A DNA stretch of 64,000 nucleotides from an uncultured virus (IMG/VR IMGVR_UViG_3300010938_000025) (IMGVR_UViG_3300010938_000025), one strand, 5' to 3'; shown: positions 25,875 to 36,374, numbered from the stretch's first letter. Notes: a model not told the origin generated them from the letters alone. Made by a program: numbers and translations.

Positions 25875-28800
25875 TTAACCGCTGATTGAGACGTACACAA
25901 CCCAATTCGTACCCAGCCCGTTGAAGCCGTGATCGTCGTCGTACCAGTTCTCGCCACCGTCATCGGTGTAATAGATACCGTGATCGCGGCCGATGCAGGC
26001 AAATTCCGGCCGGCTGAAACTGGCGGCCGAGTTACCACCGTCCTCGAGGTGAGATACAATCTCGGTGAGCTCGCCGATCTCGGCGTAGCCCCACCATCCA
26101 CCCTCTTGCAGGTGGTACTCAAAAACGTACAGCTTGAAGCTTGTCTGGCCACCTGTGGTCACCGAGCGGACGGCGTAGAACTTGTCGTTGATACCGACCG
26201 CGGCCTTCCAGTTGCTGAGAGACAGGTACTTGTCTTCTCCCCAAATGAGATAGCCTCGGCAGGTGTGGCCTACGTGTTCGAGTAGCTGAATACCCAACGC
26301 CCGGTCGGAATGGCTCAAGACGGCATACGTATCTGTCGTCATTTTGGCAAAGCCTGCAAAGGGTGCCGCCTTGCCGTCCGCACAGTAGGCTGCCATCAGC
26401 GAGGCGCCATCGGTTGCACCGGATACGGGACTGGTCGATGCAGCCCAACCCAGAGCTACGTTCGTGACACCGCTGACGAAGACCTTGCCGTCTGCGGCTA
26501 CGTGCAGGTCAATAGCATTTGCCATATGGTTGACAGTCGTGCTACCCATCCAGCCGGCATGGATGGTAAACTCGCCCCAGGTCACGCCGTAATCGGTCGA
26601 GACAAGGACCGTACAGTAGTTTTCGAGGTTTTCAAGTTTGTATTTGCTGACGTCGTAAGCCAGGCGGGTCCAACCCAATACGAAGCACGTGCCGGGCTCG
26701 ACCGGGCTCCAGGCCGAGACGTTCATGGCCAACGTCTCGTAGTGGTGTTCTTGATAGGGTGTCCATTCGGGCTTGGTGTAGACCTGAGTCCAGGTCTGGC
26801 CCCAGTCGGTCGAGCGCCAGATGGCACCGTGCTGGCCACCCGTGCTGGCAGGCACAATCACGATGCCCTGTTTACCGGTTGCGTGACAGGCCGAAGCGCG
26901 GCCGACAAGGCCTGTACCGCCGTGGGCCTTCCAGGCAGCGGTGACGTTGGTCCACCCCTGGTCTTTGCGATAGGCGATGGTTTGTCCATAGGCCAGGTCG
27001 TTGGCACTGAACCACACCACCGGTTCGACCACCGGGACAACCAGCGGGCCCCAGTTGACGTCGTTCACCTGTTCGCCGCCGGTGTTCAGGAACTCCTTCC
27101 AGGTAGCGCCGTCGTCGAAGCTAATCTCCAGGTTATTGCTTGTACCGGCGACAATCGTATCGAACATATCCGGTTCGTAGCGGATTTTACGGCCGGAGCC
27201 ACCGTGGCTGAAGCTGCCGCGGTAGGTCATGTTGGGACCGGAGCCGGCATATACATTGCTATTCGAGGTGGTACAGACGACTGCCTTGGTCTCACTGGGG
27301 CTGGCACTGATACTTTTCACATCAATGCCGGCGTCGCCCTCGGCCCAGGTCGCCCCCATGTCCTGGCTGCGCTTGATACGCGCCGCGCCGCCGCTGCCGC
27401 CAACCCAAAGCTCGGTCAGGCGTTGCCAGGCGGCGTCGTTGACGTCGCCGACGGGCGTGTCCCAGGTCGCCTTATTGGCCCAGGTGGTCCCGCCGTCATA
27501 GGACTCCCACAGCCACCCGGTCGTCCCCTGCCCGGCGGCGACGAAGTGCAGGGAGTTGGACGGGTCGATCAGCAGGTAAGTCACCTGACCGGGGGCGGTG
27601 GTCAGGAGGGTCCAGCTGGCACCGGCATCCTCGGTCAACATGATATTGCCGCCGCTAAAGCCGATCAGCCAGCGGTCATTGTTCAGCTGGTCGATGAAGG
27701 CGGCCGTCAGATTGCCTGAAAGCGGCCAGGTGCCGATTTGACCAAAGCTGCGGGCGTAGTTGGTGGACTTGTAGAGCACACTGGCGGCGCCCACCAGTAC
27801 AATCGGGTGCTTATCGGCCTGGTTGACGGCCAGACAGTGAGCCGCATACGGCAGACTGGAATGGTACCAGGTAACGCCTGAGTCAGGTGAACTCCAAACG
27901 CTACCGTTGTTGCCGACAACGTAGATCACCCGGTTATACAGGTACTCACCCTCGCCCAGGGTAATGGTTTTGGACATTGAGCCGGTCGAACCGCAGCCGT
28001 TCGTGACGGTGAGCGTAATGGTCACGCTGGAACCCTGCGGCAGGGTGTAACGATGGCAGGCATACGGGCCGGACCTGGTCTCGGTGTTACCGTCTCCCCA
28101 ATCCCACCGATATTGGGTGATGGTCGGGGAGGCAACCGGGTTAGACGCCGAGGCATCCACGTAGACGACGATGGTCGGGTCACCCCAGGCGACTTGCTTG
28201 AGGTTGAAGCTGGCCGCAGGTGACCGACAGGAGTGATACGTCGCGCCGGTACCGGTGAGCAAGGTCAGGTTCATGCGATAACCGGTCTCGTCCATCGTCG
28301 AGCGGAGTTGATACAGGAAATATTTGGTTGTGCTGGCATGACCGGTAAACGATTCCTGCAGGCCGATGGTATGGCCAACCTGCAGGAGTGGATTACCGAC
28401 CACTTCCAGATCGACCGTGGTCGAAATACGATTCAGTTCGTTCAGCACCCGGTCGGCAATTTGTTGGCACTGGTCGGCATTATCCAGGACTGAGCTTGAG
28501 ATGACCGCACTCCGGTAGCGTGGCGGGGTGGGAACGTAGGGCGAATCGGCCTTGGCTTCAACTTCGATCAGATTGTAGTCTGCGTCCTGGCCGCGGACGA
28601 CGATTCGATTTCTCAGGGCTTTATCGGAGCGCACGGCTCTGGCCCGGACGATACCGGAGTTACCGGCGGCTTTATTGGGCGATTCGACGTAGTCCCAAAA
28701 GCTGGAACTGGAAGGGCGAACCGCAACCTGTCGGAAGTGAACGACCCCGTCTGGGGTAGCCCACACGCGGTAGCCCAACAGATCGGCGATATGTTTCACG

Positions 28801-29285
28801 ACGTCCATGACCGATTGGAGCTGAAACTCGGCCGGGCGTTGGATACCCATGGTGAAGCCGGTGGACTCAATGTCCAGGTCGGTCAGGCCGGCGTGATCTT
28901 TGAGAACCTGTTTGACGATGTCCTCGGCCCTGGTGTTGCGGTACTCCAACTTATCGGTGATAAACGTTTCCAGGGCGCGCTTGAGAACGTCGCGGCACTT
29001 GATCACCTGGCGGCCGGGGAATGTTTCCGGATCGACCGAGTCCACGTAGCCGTAGAAAGTCCGGTTGTAATAGCCGTTGTAGCCCTGTTCGATCTCGATG
29101 ATGTGCTGGGTGTTCATGCCGGCCTCGATGTCGTACACTCTGGGCGTTATGACGGTGGCAGTTGCAGCGATCTGGTCGTAGCCGGCCTCGATGGAGATCG
29201 AGGTGGGTGCGAAGGTATAGCCGCCTACCCGGACACGTGCGCACAGTCTGAGGTTGGTCTGTGGGATGAGATCGACCAGAGACAT
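25875..29285 (-). CDS. Tail hub/baseplate protein with PKD domain and Asp-box (BNR) beta-propellers
   Basis: N-terminal hub-like region; PKD YRWDWGDG; repeated SxDxGxTW. Confidence 0.8.
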   Translation of the reverse strand: MSLVDLIPQTNLRLCARVRVGGYTFAPTSISIEAGYDQIAATATVITPRVYDIEAGMNTQHIIEIEQGYNGYYNRTFYGYVDSVDPETFPGRQVIKCRDVLKRALETFITDKLEYRNTRAEDIVKQVLKDHAGLTDLDIESTGFTMGIQRPAEFQLQSVMDVVKHIADLLGYRVWATPDGVVHFRQVAVRPSSSSFWDYVESPNKAAGNSGIVRARAVRSDKALRNRIVVRGQDADYNLIEVEAKADSPYVPTPPRYRSAVISSSVLDNADQCQQIADRVLNELNRISTTVDLEVVGNPLLQVGHTIGLQESFTGHASTTKYFLYQLRSTMDETGYRMNLTLLTGTGATYHSCRSPAASFNLKQVAWGDPTIVVYVDASASNPVASPTITQYRWDWGDGNTETRSGPYACHRYTLPQGSSVTITLTVTNGCGSTGSMSKTITLGEGEYLYNRVIYVVGNNGSVWSSPDSGVTWYHSSLPYAAHCLAVNQADKHPIVLVGAASVLYKSTNYARSFGQIGTWPLSGNLTAAFIDQLNNDRWLIGFSGGNIMLTEDAGASWTLLTTAPGQVTYLLIDPSNSLHFVAAGQGTTGWLWESYDGGTTWANKATWDTPVGDVNDAAWQRLTELWVGGSGGAARIKRSQDMGATWAEGDAGIDVKSISASPSETKAVVCTTSNSNVYAGSGPNMTYRGSFSHGGSGRKIRYEPDMFDTIVAGTSNNLEISFDDGATWKEFLNTGGEQVNDVNWGPLVVPVVEPVVWFSANDLAYGQTIAYRKDQGWTNVTAAWKAHGGTGLVGRASACHATGKQGIVIVPASTGGQHGAIWRSTDWGQTWTQVYTKPEWTPYQEHHYETLAMNVSAWSPVEPGTCFVLGWTRLAYDVSKYKLENLENYCTVLVSTDYGVTWGEFTIHAGWMGSTTVNHMANAIDLHVAADGKVFVSGVTNVALGWAASTSPVSGATDGASLMAAYCADGKAAPFAGFAKMTTDTYAVLSHSDRALGIQLLEHVGHTCRGYLIWGEDKYLSLSNWKAAVGINDKFYAVRSVTTGGQTSFKLYVFEYHLQEGGWWGYAEIGELTEIVSHLEDGGNSAASFSRPEFACIGRDHGIYYTDDGGENWYDDDHGFNGLGTNWVVYVSISG

Positions 29286-29286
29286 A

Positions 29287-29613
29287 TCAGGTGTATCGGT
29301 ACAGATACAGGTTTAGAATGGCCAGGGCGATGGTCCAGGCCGTATCCAGGATGGTCCGGCTGGCGTAGACAGGCTGCAACAGGCCTGGGATACCCGGCGT
29401 CATGAGGGTGGCGATGTCTATCATCAGGTTGGCCAGGGCGCCCATGCAGAGCACGATGGCGGCCAGTTCCAGTGACGTACTCCAGCGGTGTGACCGGGGG
29501 GCTAAGGTGAGACCCGGTCGATAGGCTGCCAGCATGGTAATCATGGCCGCCATCAGGCCGGAAGTATGGATCGAGAAACTGGCATAGGTTAACAGGTTAA
29601 GAGTCTGAGTCAT
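29287..29613 (-). CDS. Membrane protein (3 TM)
   Basis: Hydrophobic helices. Confidence 0.65.
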   Translation of the reverse strand: MTQTLNLLTYASFSIHTSGLMAAMITMLAAYRPGLTLAPRSHRWSTSLELAAIVLCMGALANLMIDIATLMTPGIPGLLQPVYASRTILDTAWTIALAILNLYLYRYT

Positions 29614-29866
29614 GTTTGCCTCCGAGGCGTTCCCAAAATCTGGTTCTGTATGTCAGGTAGCCGGTGATGATGGTGCCGTTGAAGGTGAAGAAAATGGTCA
29701 ACACATTCACGGCATGGGTGGCGTTAGGGAAGACCACCGGCAGTACGATGGCCACCAGGCTGAGGAAGATACCGGACAACATCATGACCGCGACGGAGCG
29801 GGCCAGGAGAATTTCGATTGAATTTTTTGACCGGTCGTGATTGCGGTCGTGGTGTGTTCTCGACAT
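29597..29866 (-). CDS. Membrane protein (2 TM)
   Basis: Hydrophobic helices. Confidence 0.65.
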   Translation of the reverse strand: MSRTHHDRNHDRSKNSIEILLARSVAVMMLSGIFLSLVAIVLPVVFPNATHAVNVLTIFFTFNGTIITGYLTYRTRFWERLGGKHDSDS

Positions 29867-29869
29867 AAT

Positions 29870-30232
29870 CTATCCTACAATAACGACTTCACACGTATAG
29901 CGGCGGACCGGGTCAGAGCTCCAGGAGGCCTGGCCGCGTCGGCGTTCTGGGGTCAGGGTTACGATTCTGACCGTGCCCGACCAGCCCAGGTCGTCGGTCA
30001 GGGTGAAGCTACTCCCACTGGCCTGCAGGGAGAGGAGCTGAGCCCACAGGGTGTTACTGGCAGTCACGCCGCCGAACCGCCGGCGGGCGGTATAGCCGCC
30101 GGACTGAATCACGGGCGTATTCGAGCCGATCTCGGCCTGTTCGCTGATCCGTTCGACGTAGAAGATACCGGTGTCGCTTTCCGGGTTGACGTCGAATGCG
30201 ACTCCGGCGGCCGTCCACTTAGTCACCGACAT
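29870..30232 (-). CDS. Putative distal tail/tube-initiator-like protein
   Basis: Small beta protein between tape measure and hub; inferred from synteny. Confidence 0.55.
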   Translation of the reverse strand: MSVTKWTAAGVAFDVNPESDTGIFYVERISEQAEIGSNTPVIQSGGYTARRRFGGVTASNTLWAQLLSLQASGSSFTLTDDLGWSGTVRIVTLTPERRRGQASWSSDPVRRYTCEVVIVG

Positions 30233-30245
30233 ACTCAGACCTCAC

Positions 30246-30274
30246 TTGACCGGGTCGGCGTGGCGTGCTATAAT
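30246..30274 (+). promoter_or_regulatory. Sigma70-type promoter of the recombinase
   Basis: TTGACC-17 bp-TATAAT with extended TG. Confidence 0.8.
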
Positions 30275-30307
30275 TAGCTTCGTACAATCTATCTTGTACG
30301 AAGCTAA
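30274..30307. other. loxP-like 34-bp recombination site (13-8-13)
   Basis: TTAGCTTCGTACA-ATCTATCT-TGTACGAAGCTAA; perfect inverted arms; 14 bp upstream of the recombinase ATG. Confidence 0.85.
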
Positions 30308-30321
30308 ATGAGGACCCGAAA

Positions 30322-31356
30322 ATGACCATGACCATCGCCGATGCATTCGCTGCCTACTTCCGCCATCTCAAACACGTCCGCGCTCTGAGCGAACAAACCC
30401 TCAAAGCTTACCGCACCCCGGTTAATCACCTCGTCACGTTCTTATCCGTTCAGGGGTTGACCCCAGATTCGACACCGGTTGAGTCCATTTCGACGACGCT
30501 CATCATCGAGTTCCTGGCCTGGCTCGACGAACACCTGCAAAAACGCTCCGACCGCAGCGGTGCCCTCAAAACCCGACGTGTCTACCGCACCGCCATCGCC
30601 GGCCTCTTGAACTTCCTGGTCGTCGAATCACAACTCCTCCCCTGTTCGGTCGAAAATTACGATAGGTTATGTAAAATAATTCTGAGGGGCCTCAGAACCC
30701 CCGCCGCTCAGGCCGTATCGCCTGAGCGACTGCCGACCGATGAAATCGTCAGCCTGCTGCGTGCGACCGTCCAGCAGCCACCCGAACCGCCGGCCGATGC
30801 CACGCCGCACCTGATCCACCTGCAGCACCTGCGCCACCTGCGCGACGTCGCCATTTTCGAGACCCTGGTCAGCTCCGGCCTGCGGGTGGGTGAACTGGTC
30901 GGCCTGCGGCGTGGCAGGTTGCTGTATACCGAGATGGGTGCCATCGTCACCGGCAAGGGCGGTAAAACCCGCGAAGTGCTCCTGTCCCCCACCGCGTGGG
31001 CGGCTATCCAGGCTTACCTGTCTGCGCGCGACGATAGCCCAACTGCATCTTTAGCCGACCTGCCGGTCTTTGCCCGACACGACCGCAGCTCCGGCGACAT
31101 CCCCAAACCCATGACGACCCGCGCAGTCCAGTACATCTTCTACGATCTGGCCCGGCGTGCCCATATCCAGGAACGTTTTCACCTGACGCCCCACACCCTG
31201 CGCCATTTCTTCGCCACCACCTTCCTGAGCAAAACGGGTGATCTGGCCCTCACCCAATACGCACTGGGACATGCCTCACCTACGACCACCCGAGTGTATG
31301 CGCAGACCAGGCGAGAAGACTATCAGCGCGCCCATCGCCGGGTCTTTGAAGCCTAA
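30322..31356 (+). CDS. Tyrosine recombinase (XerC/D-like integrase family)
   Basis: SGLRVGEL, GKGGKTR, PHTLRHFFAT, LGHAS, TRVY catalytic set; N-terminal SAM-like domain. Confidence 0.95.
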   Translation: MTMTIADAFAAYFRHLKHVRALSEQTLKAYRTPVNHLVTFLSVQGLTPDSTPVESISTTLIIEFLAWLDEHLQKRSDRSGALKTRRVYRTAIAGLLNFLVVESQLLPCSVENYDRLCKIILRGLRTPAAQAVSPERLPTDEIVSLLRATVQQPPEPPADATPHLIHLQHLRHLRDVAIFETLVSSGLRVGELVGLRRGRLLYTEMGAIVTGKGGKTREVLLSPTAWAAIQAYLSARDDSPTASLADLPVFARHDRSSGDIPKPMTTRAVQYIFYDLARRAHIQERFHLTPHTLRHFFATTFLSKTGDLALTQYALGHASPTTTRVYAQTRREDYQRAHRRVFEA

Positions 31357-34300
31357 GCTACAACCCCAGGTACCCCTCCGATGATAACCCCACTGGCCTG
31401 CACACCGGCGCCGACCAGACCTTCGACCCGCCGCACCACGGCCGGTCGGCCATCAATGTAAATCCGGATATCCTGGGGTGATGTCGTCCCGCCACCCTGC
31501 TGCAGGCTGAGCAAAATGTCGTTCAAAACATTCAGCACCGCCTCGCCGGTGTCGCGCTGGACCGGAGCCTGCGGCTGGACCGGCGCCGGTTGCCGGTCGG
31601 TCCAGGCATACAGCGGCAGTTGTGACTGAGGGATGATGAGCTCGTGCTCTCGCTCAGCTCCCCAGAACCACCGCCCACCTGTACCCGGAATGTGCGTCAG
31701 CCAGCCACCTGCCTGCGCAAACGGCACCGGACCGCGGCCGGGTGGACGACGTGGCTCATTGCTGCCATCGCCACCGTCTCCCCCATCCCCTCCGGGCCCT
31801 GGCGCCGGGCCTGGACCGGGACTGCCTGGCGTGCCAACGTCGGTCGGTATCCGGATACTGGAAATCGATCTGAGTGTGCCGGCCGCCGCGGCCGCGTTTT
31901 CGCTCAGCGTATGGAGCGCCAGCATGGCCCGGAGTGAGGTCATAGACATGGCATAGGTCGAAGTCGAAGCCTCACGGGCGCTCTCGTCCAGACGCTCAAG
32001 ATTCTTCCCCTGCGCCTGATCGGTTGCCACCGGCGCCGTGTAAGGGAAACCCAAATCACGCACGGCCTGGGCCAGGTACGGCGTCGGGTCGATGGGCCTG
32101 TCTGTCTCTGCCTGGCGGACCTCAAAATGCAGGTGCGGCCCGGTCGCCCGACCGGTGCTGCCTACCAGGCCGATCTGTTGACCGGCAGCCACCTGCTGCC
32201 CGATCTGGACGACCCGCTGGCTCAAATGGCCGTAGATGTACAGATTGCCGTCATCACCCAGGATGACGACGTTGGTGCCGTAACCGCCTGCCTTGGGCGA
32301 CATGACCCGCCCGCCGACTGCAGCCACGACTTCGGCTCCCAGGGGGGCGCTGATGTCAATCCCGGTGTGCAATCCGCTCAGGCCGTATTGAGCCATGTAA
32401 GCCGGATACGGCTGCCCATATCCCAGACTGATGCGTTCGTGGCCTGGTGTCGGCCAGACCACCTGACCGGCATTTATTTGGGCCTGCCACTCGGCATAAG
32501 TCGGGAAGTTCGGCTGATAGCCGTGTGAAGCGCGCGCCGCAAAAGCGTACTCCTGCCTGAGTCGCTGTTCACGCTCCGAGAGTTGCGGGGCCAATTCGCC
32601 CGAACCGGTGAGCTGGCCGAAGTTCCGCACGTAGTCGCCAAAGGCGTTCACGTGCAGGCCAAAGCTACCCACCCCATTTATAAACGGGGCATCACGTTCG
32701 GCATAATACTCCTCGGCCGAGCCGGGTGGATAGGGCCCCAACATCAGCGTCGGTAATGGGGTGCCGGGTCCGATGGGCGCCTGGACCGCACCCGGCTGGA
32801 GTGCATCCAGCGGCCAGTCGATCCGACCGTTCTGGCCCACACCGATTCGCCCGGCCGTCACCGATGACAACGGCACCATCAGACCGCCTGGCACCTCCGG
32901 GAGATTGAACATCCCCTCGACGAACCGCTTCTGCCGCTCGTTCATCTCTTCGGTGGCTTTCTGGATGGCTTCGTTTGAGGCCCGGATGCGCACAAGCTGC
33001 ACCCCCTGGGCCGTCCAGACCAGAAAAGCCTGTTCCATCTGCCGGTAAAAGACGCCGTTCGACTCAAAGAAACGCTCCCACTGCTGAACCCGCGGCATGA
33101 ACTGGCCAAACAGGAACTCCTGATTCATGGGCCGGTCTCCCAGTCTGGCCTCGCGGACCGTCGGATGGAACATCTCCTCGGCGCGCTGCTGGGCTCTGGT
33201 CAGTGCATTGTCCAGGTCAATGCCCAACTTCAGCGCCAGACCGTCTGCATCTCGCACCCAGGTCGCCGTGCTCTGGATAATATCCATCCACTCCCGGTCG
33301 ATCTCGTTGCGCTCTTTGCCGACGGCAATGTTGGCGGCATAGAATGCCTGTCGCAGCTCCTCGGTGCTGATCAGACTGAGCGACTCAAGCCGGTTAACTT
33401 CGTCTCGCCCGACCAGGCGGGCATCGACCACCCGCGTTGGCGCCGGAATGCGGGCCGCGCGTGTGTTCTCGGCAATGTCTCGCAGGGCTTCGTTGGCAAT
33501 CCGCTGGTTCAGGGTAATGGCACTGTAGCCCTCTTTGTGCAAAACCAGCATGGCCCGCGTATCTTCATGGGGCGCATAGGCCGTGCCAATAACCCGCCCC
33601 GACTGGTCGATGAGTGGCAGACCCTCGGTGGCTCTGGCCTCCAGCTCCCGGTAGCGGGCCAGAAAGGCGTTCATGTCCACCTGACGCAGGTCTAAGGTCG
33701 CGTAGCCGGTGGGCAAAACCAACGTAGGCGCAACCTGGGCCGGCGGGCCGGCGGTGGGTGTACCCGGTGCGCCGGCGGCGCGTAATGTCGCCGTGCGTTG
33801 CATGCGGCTGCTCTCGATGTCAAGCCACTGGTCGGCCTGAGCCGTTGAGGGCGGCATATAGGCGTATGGCCACAGGTTGAACATGCCGCTGGCGAGTGCA
33901 TCCAGCGCGCCGCTCAGGAACCGCACCGACTCTCTGACCGGCGTTGACCCACCCAAAGCGGCCGTGAATCTTGACCAGGCCGCGTGCAGTTCTTCTATGC
34001 TCCCGTAGGTGGTCCCGCGCTGATCGACGAACATGGTCTTGAAGGTGATGTTGATCGGCCGTTCCCACTCGGTGCGGTGGGTCGCAAAGAAGGTTGCAAT
34101 CTCTTCCAGCATCAGGCGCCCCTGGAGTGACCTGGCGCCGCTCAGTTCGGCCAGCAACCCTTCATAGGTCGCGCGGGTGATTTTCCCCTGCTCGTTTAAG
34201 GCGATGACGTCGTTCAAAATATCTATGAACGGACGTCGCTCCAGTTCGCCGGTCGGGGTTCTCTGGAAAACGGGTATACCCGCCCCAAACAGCGCCTGTT

Positions 34301-36374
34301 GGGCTTCTGGGGCGCGGTAGATTCGCTCTGACTGCCGTAGCGCCTGTACCACCCGCTCAGGCAGTTCGCCGGTGGCCAGCGTGCCCAGGCTGATCATGCG
34401 CGCGACCTGCTCAAAGGTCATGCCCAACTCACGGCCTAACGGCACAAACTGGTCGATGACCCGTATGTATTCCTCGAAGTTACCCGTGCCCCGGATGGTC
34501 GCCTGGGCGGCAATGTCCATTGCCTCGGCCAGGCTGATGTGCTCCTCGCGCAGTTGCCGCTCCAAAGCGATGAGCTGCCGCTCGGCCTCCTGCATGGGAA
34601 TGCCCGTCAGGAACGAGACCTGGCCGGCAATCTCGGCATAGGCCGTGGCTTCCGGCGTCAGGCCCCGCTCGGCTCTGATGGCCGTCGTGAGGGCTGCGGC
34701 CACCTCCGGCATGGGCTGCATGGTCGCTTCCGAAACGGCCCGGAGTTGGGCGATATAGCCCTCGGCTTTGGCACCGGTCGCCGATAGAATCTCACCGAAC
34801 CGGACGAGCTCGCGTTCAAGCGCAATGTGCGTTGCCAGCCAGTCCTGTACGAAGCCGGTCGCGGCCTCCAAAGTCTTGTAGAACAGAATGGCCTGGGTGA
34901 TCCAGACTACGTGACGGGCAAATGCACTGCTGGCTCTGTCAACGGCTGCGGCCGTGCGTTGATGTTCGACCACAACCCGCTCGCTGGCCGTGCCCTGGTC
35001 GAGCACGCGCCGGGTGACCGTCTCGAGCAGTTCACCCTGTTCGTTGTAGGCTTTGGTCACCTCGCCGATGGCCTGGCCGGTCTCGGTTGAGAGCAGCTTG
35101 AATCGCTCCAAAACCGGTATGCCGTTCATCAGGCGTTGGAAGTAGGGCGCGTCTTGTAATATCTCTGGCGGTGGTGGTGGCGCCGGGCGCGGTATATCCA
35201 GCCGGGCGTACAGGTCAATCGGCGGCACATCCCCGATAGATAATACCCGCCCAGGCCGATAAGGCGTATCCGGCCTGAACAGGTTGGCCAACGGGTCGTC
35301 CGGCGCAAACCGCCCTTCGCGGGCCATTTGCTCGCGTGCTTCCCGTCTGGCCTGAACCAGCCTGACCAGTTCCTGCTGCTCCTCGCGCAGGCGTTGGACC
35401 CGCTCAGCCTGTCGGGCGGCCACGCGCGCTGCCTCGGCCTCGGCCTGAGCCTGTTCGGCCGCCATAATCGGCCCGTATTCCTGGCGTAAGGCCCGGGCCA
35501 TTGCCTCTGCCTGAGCCGGGCGGAGGACACCCGGAATCAGGACCTCTTCGCGCGAGCCCGGTTCGCCCACACCGGGTAGAGCAATGCCGGCCGCGGCCGC
35601 ACGTATCTCAAGTTGTCGCCTGGCAATGGCCCGCTCACGGACTGCCTGCTCACGCTCCAGTTCTTCGCGCCGGATACGCTCCTCAAGCTCGCGCCGGGCC
35701 TGTTCTCTGGCCTGAGCTTCGGTGTGGGCCAGATAGGCTTCGACTTCGGCCTGCGAGGCAAACCGCCCGCTGGCCACGTGATGCCAGCGCCCGGAAGCTG
35801 ACTGGCGTAGTTCTGGGACGTGCGTGATGGCTGCGGCGTCTCTGGCGGCCTGGGCGGCCGCCGCTACCATCTGAGCGACCGGCTCGCCCGCCGCAGTCGC
35901 TGCGGATTGGACGACGGTTTGAACGGCCTGAACGGCGGCCGAAGTCATCGCGGTTGGGGCTGCTGTCGGGCCGGCCTGGGCGACGGCCTGGGCCGTAGCG
36001 ACAGGTGACACGGGTATGCCCTGGGCAGCCACCTGAGCTGCCTGGAGCATTTGCTGCGAGACAGGCGCGACGCTACCGACGCTGATGTTGATCGGCGTCT
36101 GCGCAATGTGGGTAACGAGTTGATTGAATTGGGTCGTGGTTGCGGCAATGGCTGCCTGGACCGGCTGCAGGAAGGTGGCCGCATTGGGGGGCGCAGGCAG
36201 GTTGAGCTGGAGTTCTGCTCTGAGGGCTGCCCAGGCACCTAGACTTTTGGCAACCTGCTCGTCCAGTTGCTGTAAGGCCGCGGCCAATGCACCGATTCTG
36301 GCCGCGGCCTCCTCGCTATCGGTCTGGAATGTAATCAGGTAGGTTTCGCCGATGGTCTCGTGTGATTCTGCCAT
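31353..36374 (-). CDS. Tape measure protein with C-terminal M23 peptidase
   Basis: 1673 aa, A/E/R-rich and helical, follows the tail chaperone; HTGIDI, YGHL, GPHLHFEV. Confidence 0.9.
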   Translation of the reverse strand: MAESHETIGETYLITFQTDSEEAAARIGALAAALQQLDEQVAKSLGAWAALRAELQLNLPAPPNAATFLQPVQAAIAATTTQFNQLVTHIAQTPINISVGSVAPVSQQMLQAAQVAAQGIPVSPVATAQAVAQAGPTAAPTAMTSAAVQAVQTVVQSAATAAGEPVAQMVAAAAQAARDAAAITHVPELRQSASGRWHHVASGRFASQAEVEAYLAHTEAQAREQARRELEERIRREELEREQAVRERAIARRQLEIRAAAAGIALPGVGEPGSREEVLIPGVLRPAQAEAMARALRQEYGPIMAAEQAQAEAEAARVAARQAERVQRLREEQQELVRLVQARREAREQMAREGRFAPDDPLANLFRPDTPYRPGRVLSIGDVPPIDLYARLDIPRPAPPPPPEILQDAPYFQRLMNGIPVLERFKLLSTETGQAIGEVTKAYNEQGELLETVTRRVLDQGTASERVVVEHQRTAAAVDRASSAFARHVVWITQAILFYKTLEAATGFVQDWLATHIALERELVRFGEILSATGAKAEGYIAQLRAVSEATMQPMPEVAAALTTAIRAERGLTPEATAYAEIAGQVSFLTGIPMQEAERQLIALERQLREEHISLAEAMDIAAQATIRGTGNFEEYIRVIDQFVPLGRELGMTFEQVARMISLGTLATGELPERVVQALRQSERIYRAPEAQQALFGAGIPVFQRTPTGELERRPFIDILNDVIALNEQGKITRATYEGLLAELSGARSLQGRLMLEEIATFFATHRTEWERPINITFKTMFVDQRGTTYGSIEELHAAWSRFTAALGGSTPVRESVRFLSGALDALASGMFNLWPYAYMPPSTAQADQWLDIESSRMQRTATLRAAGAPGTPTAGPPAQVAPTLVLPTGYATLDLRQVDMNAFLARYRELEARATEGLPLIDQSGRVIGTAYAPHEDTRAMLVLHKEGYSAITLNQRIANEALRDIAENTRAARIPAPTRVVDARLVGRDEVNRLESLSLISTEELRQAFYAANIAVGKERNEIDREWMDIIQSTATWVRDADGLALKLGIDLDNALTRAQQRAEEMFHPTVREARLGDRPMNQEFLFGQFMPRVQQWERFFESNGVFYRQMEQAFLVWTAQGVQLVRIRASNEAIQKATEEMNERQKRFVEGMFNLPEVPGGLMVPLSSVTAGRIGVGQNGRIDWPLDALQPGAVQAPIGPGTPLPTLMLGPYPPGSAEEYYAERDAPFINGVGSFGLHVNAFGDYVRNFGQLTGSGELAPQLSEREQRLRQEYAFAARASHGYQPNFPTYAEWQAQINAGQVVWPTPGHERISLGYGQPYPAYMAQYGLSGLHTGIDISAPLGAEVVAAVGGRVMSPKAGGYGTNVVILGDDGNLYIYGHLSQRVVQIGQQVAAGQQIGLVGSTGRATGPHLHFEVRQAETDRPIDPTPYLAQAVRDLGFPYTAPVATDQAQGKNLERLDESAREASTSTYAMSMTSLRAMLALHTLSENAAAAAGTLRSISSIRIPTDVGTPGSPGPGPAPGPGGDGGDGGDGSNEPRRPPGRGPVPFAQAGGWLTHIPGTGGRWFWGAEREHELIIPQSQLPLYAWTDRQPAPVQPQAPVQRDTGEAVLNVLNDILLSLQQGGGTTSPQDIRIYIDGRPAVVRRVEGLVGAGVQASGVIIGGVPGVVA

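Noticed and set aside
26310..27719. 469-aa + strand ORF and other long antisense ORFs across the late arm
   Set aside because: Shadow frames of well-supported minus-strand genes in GC-rich DNA.
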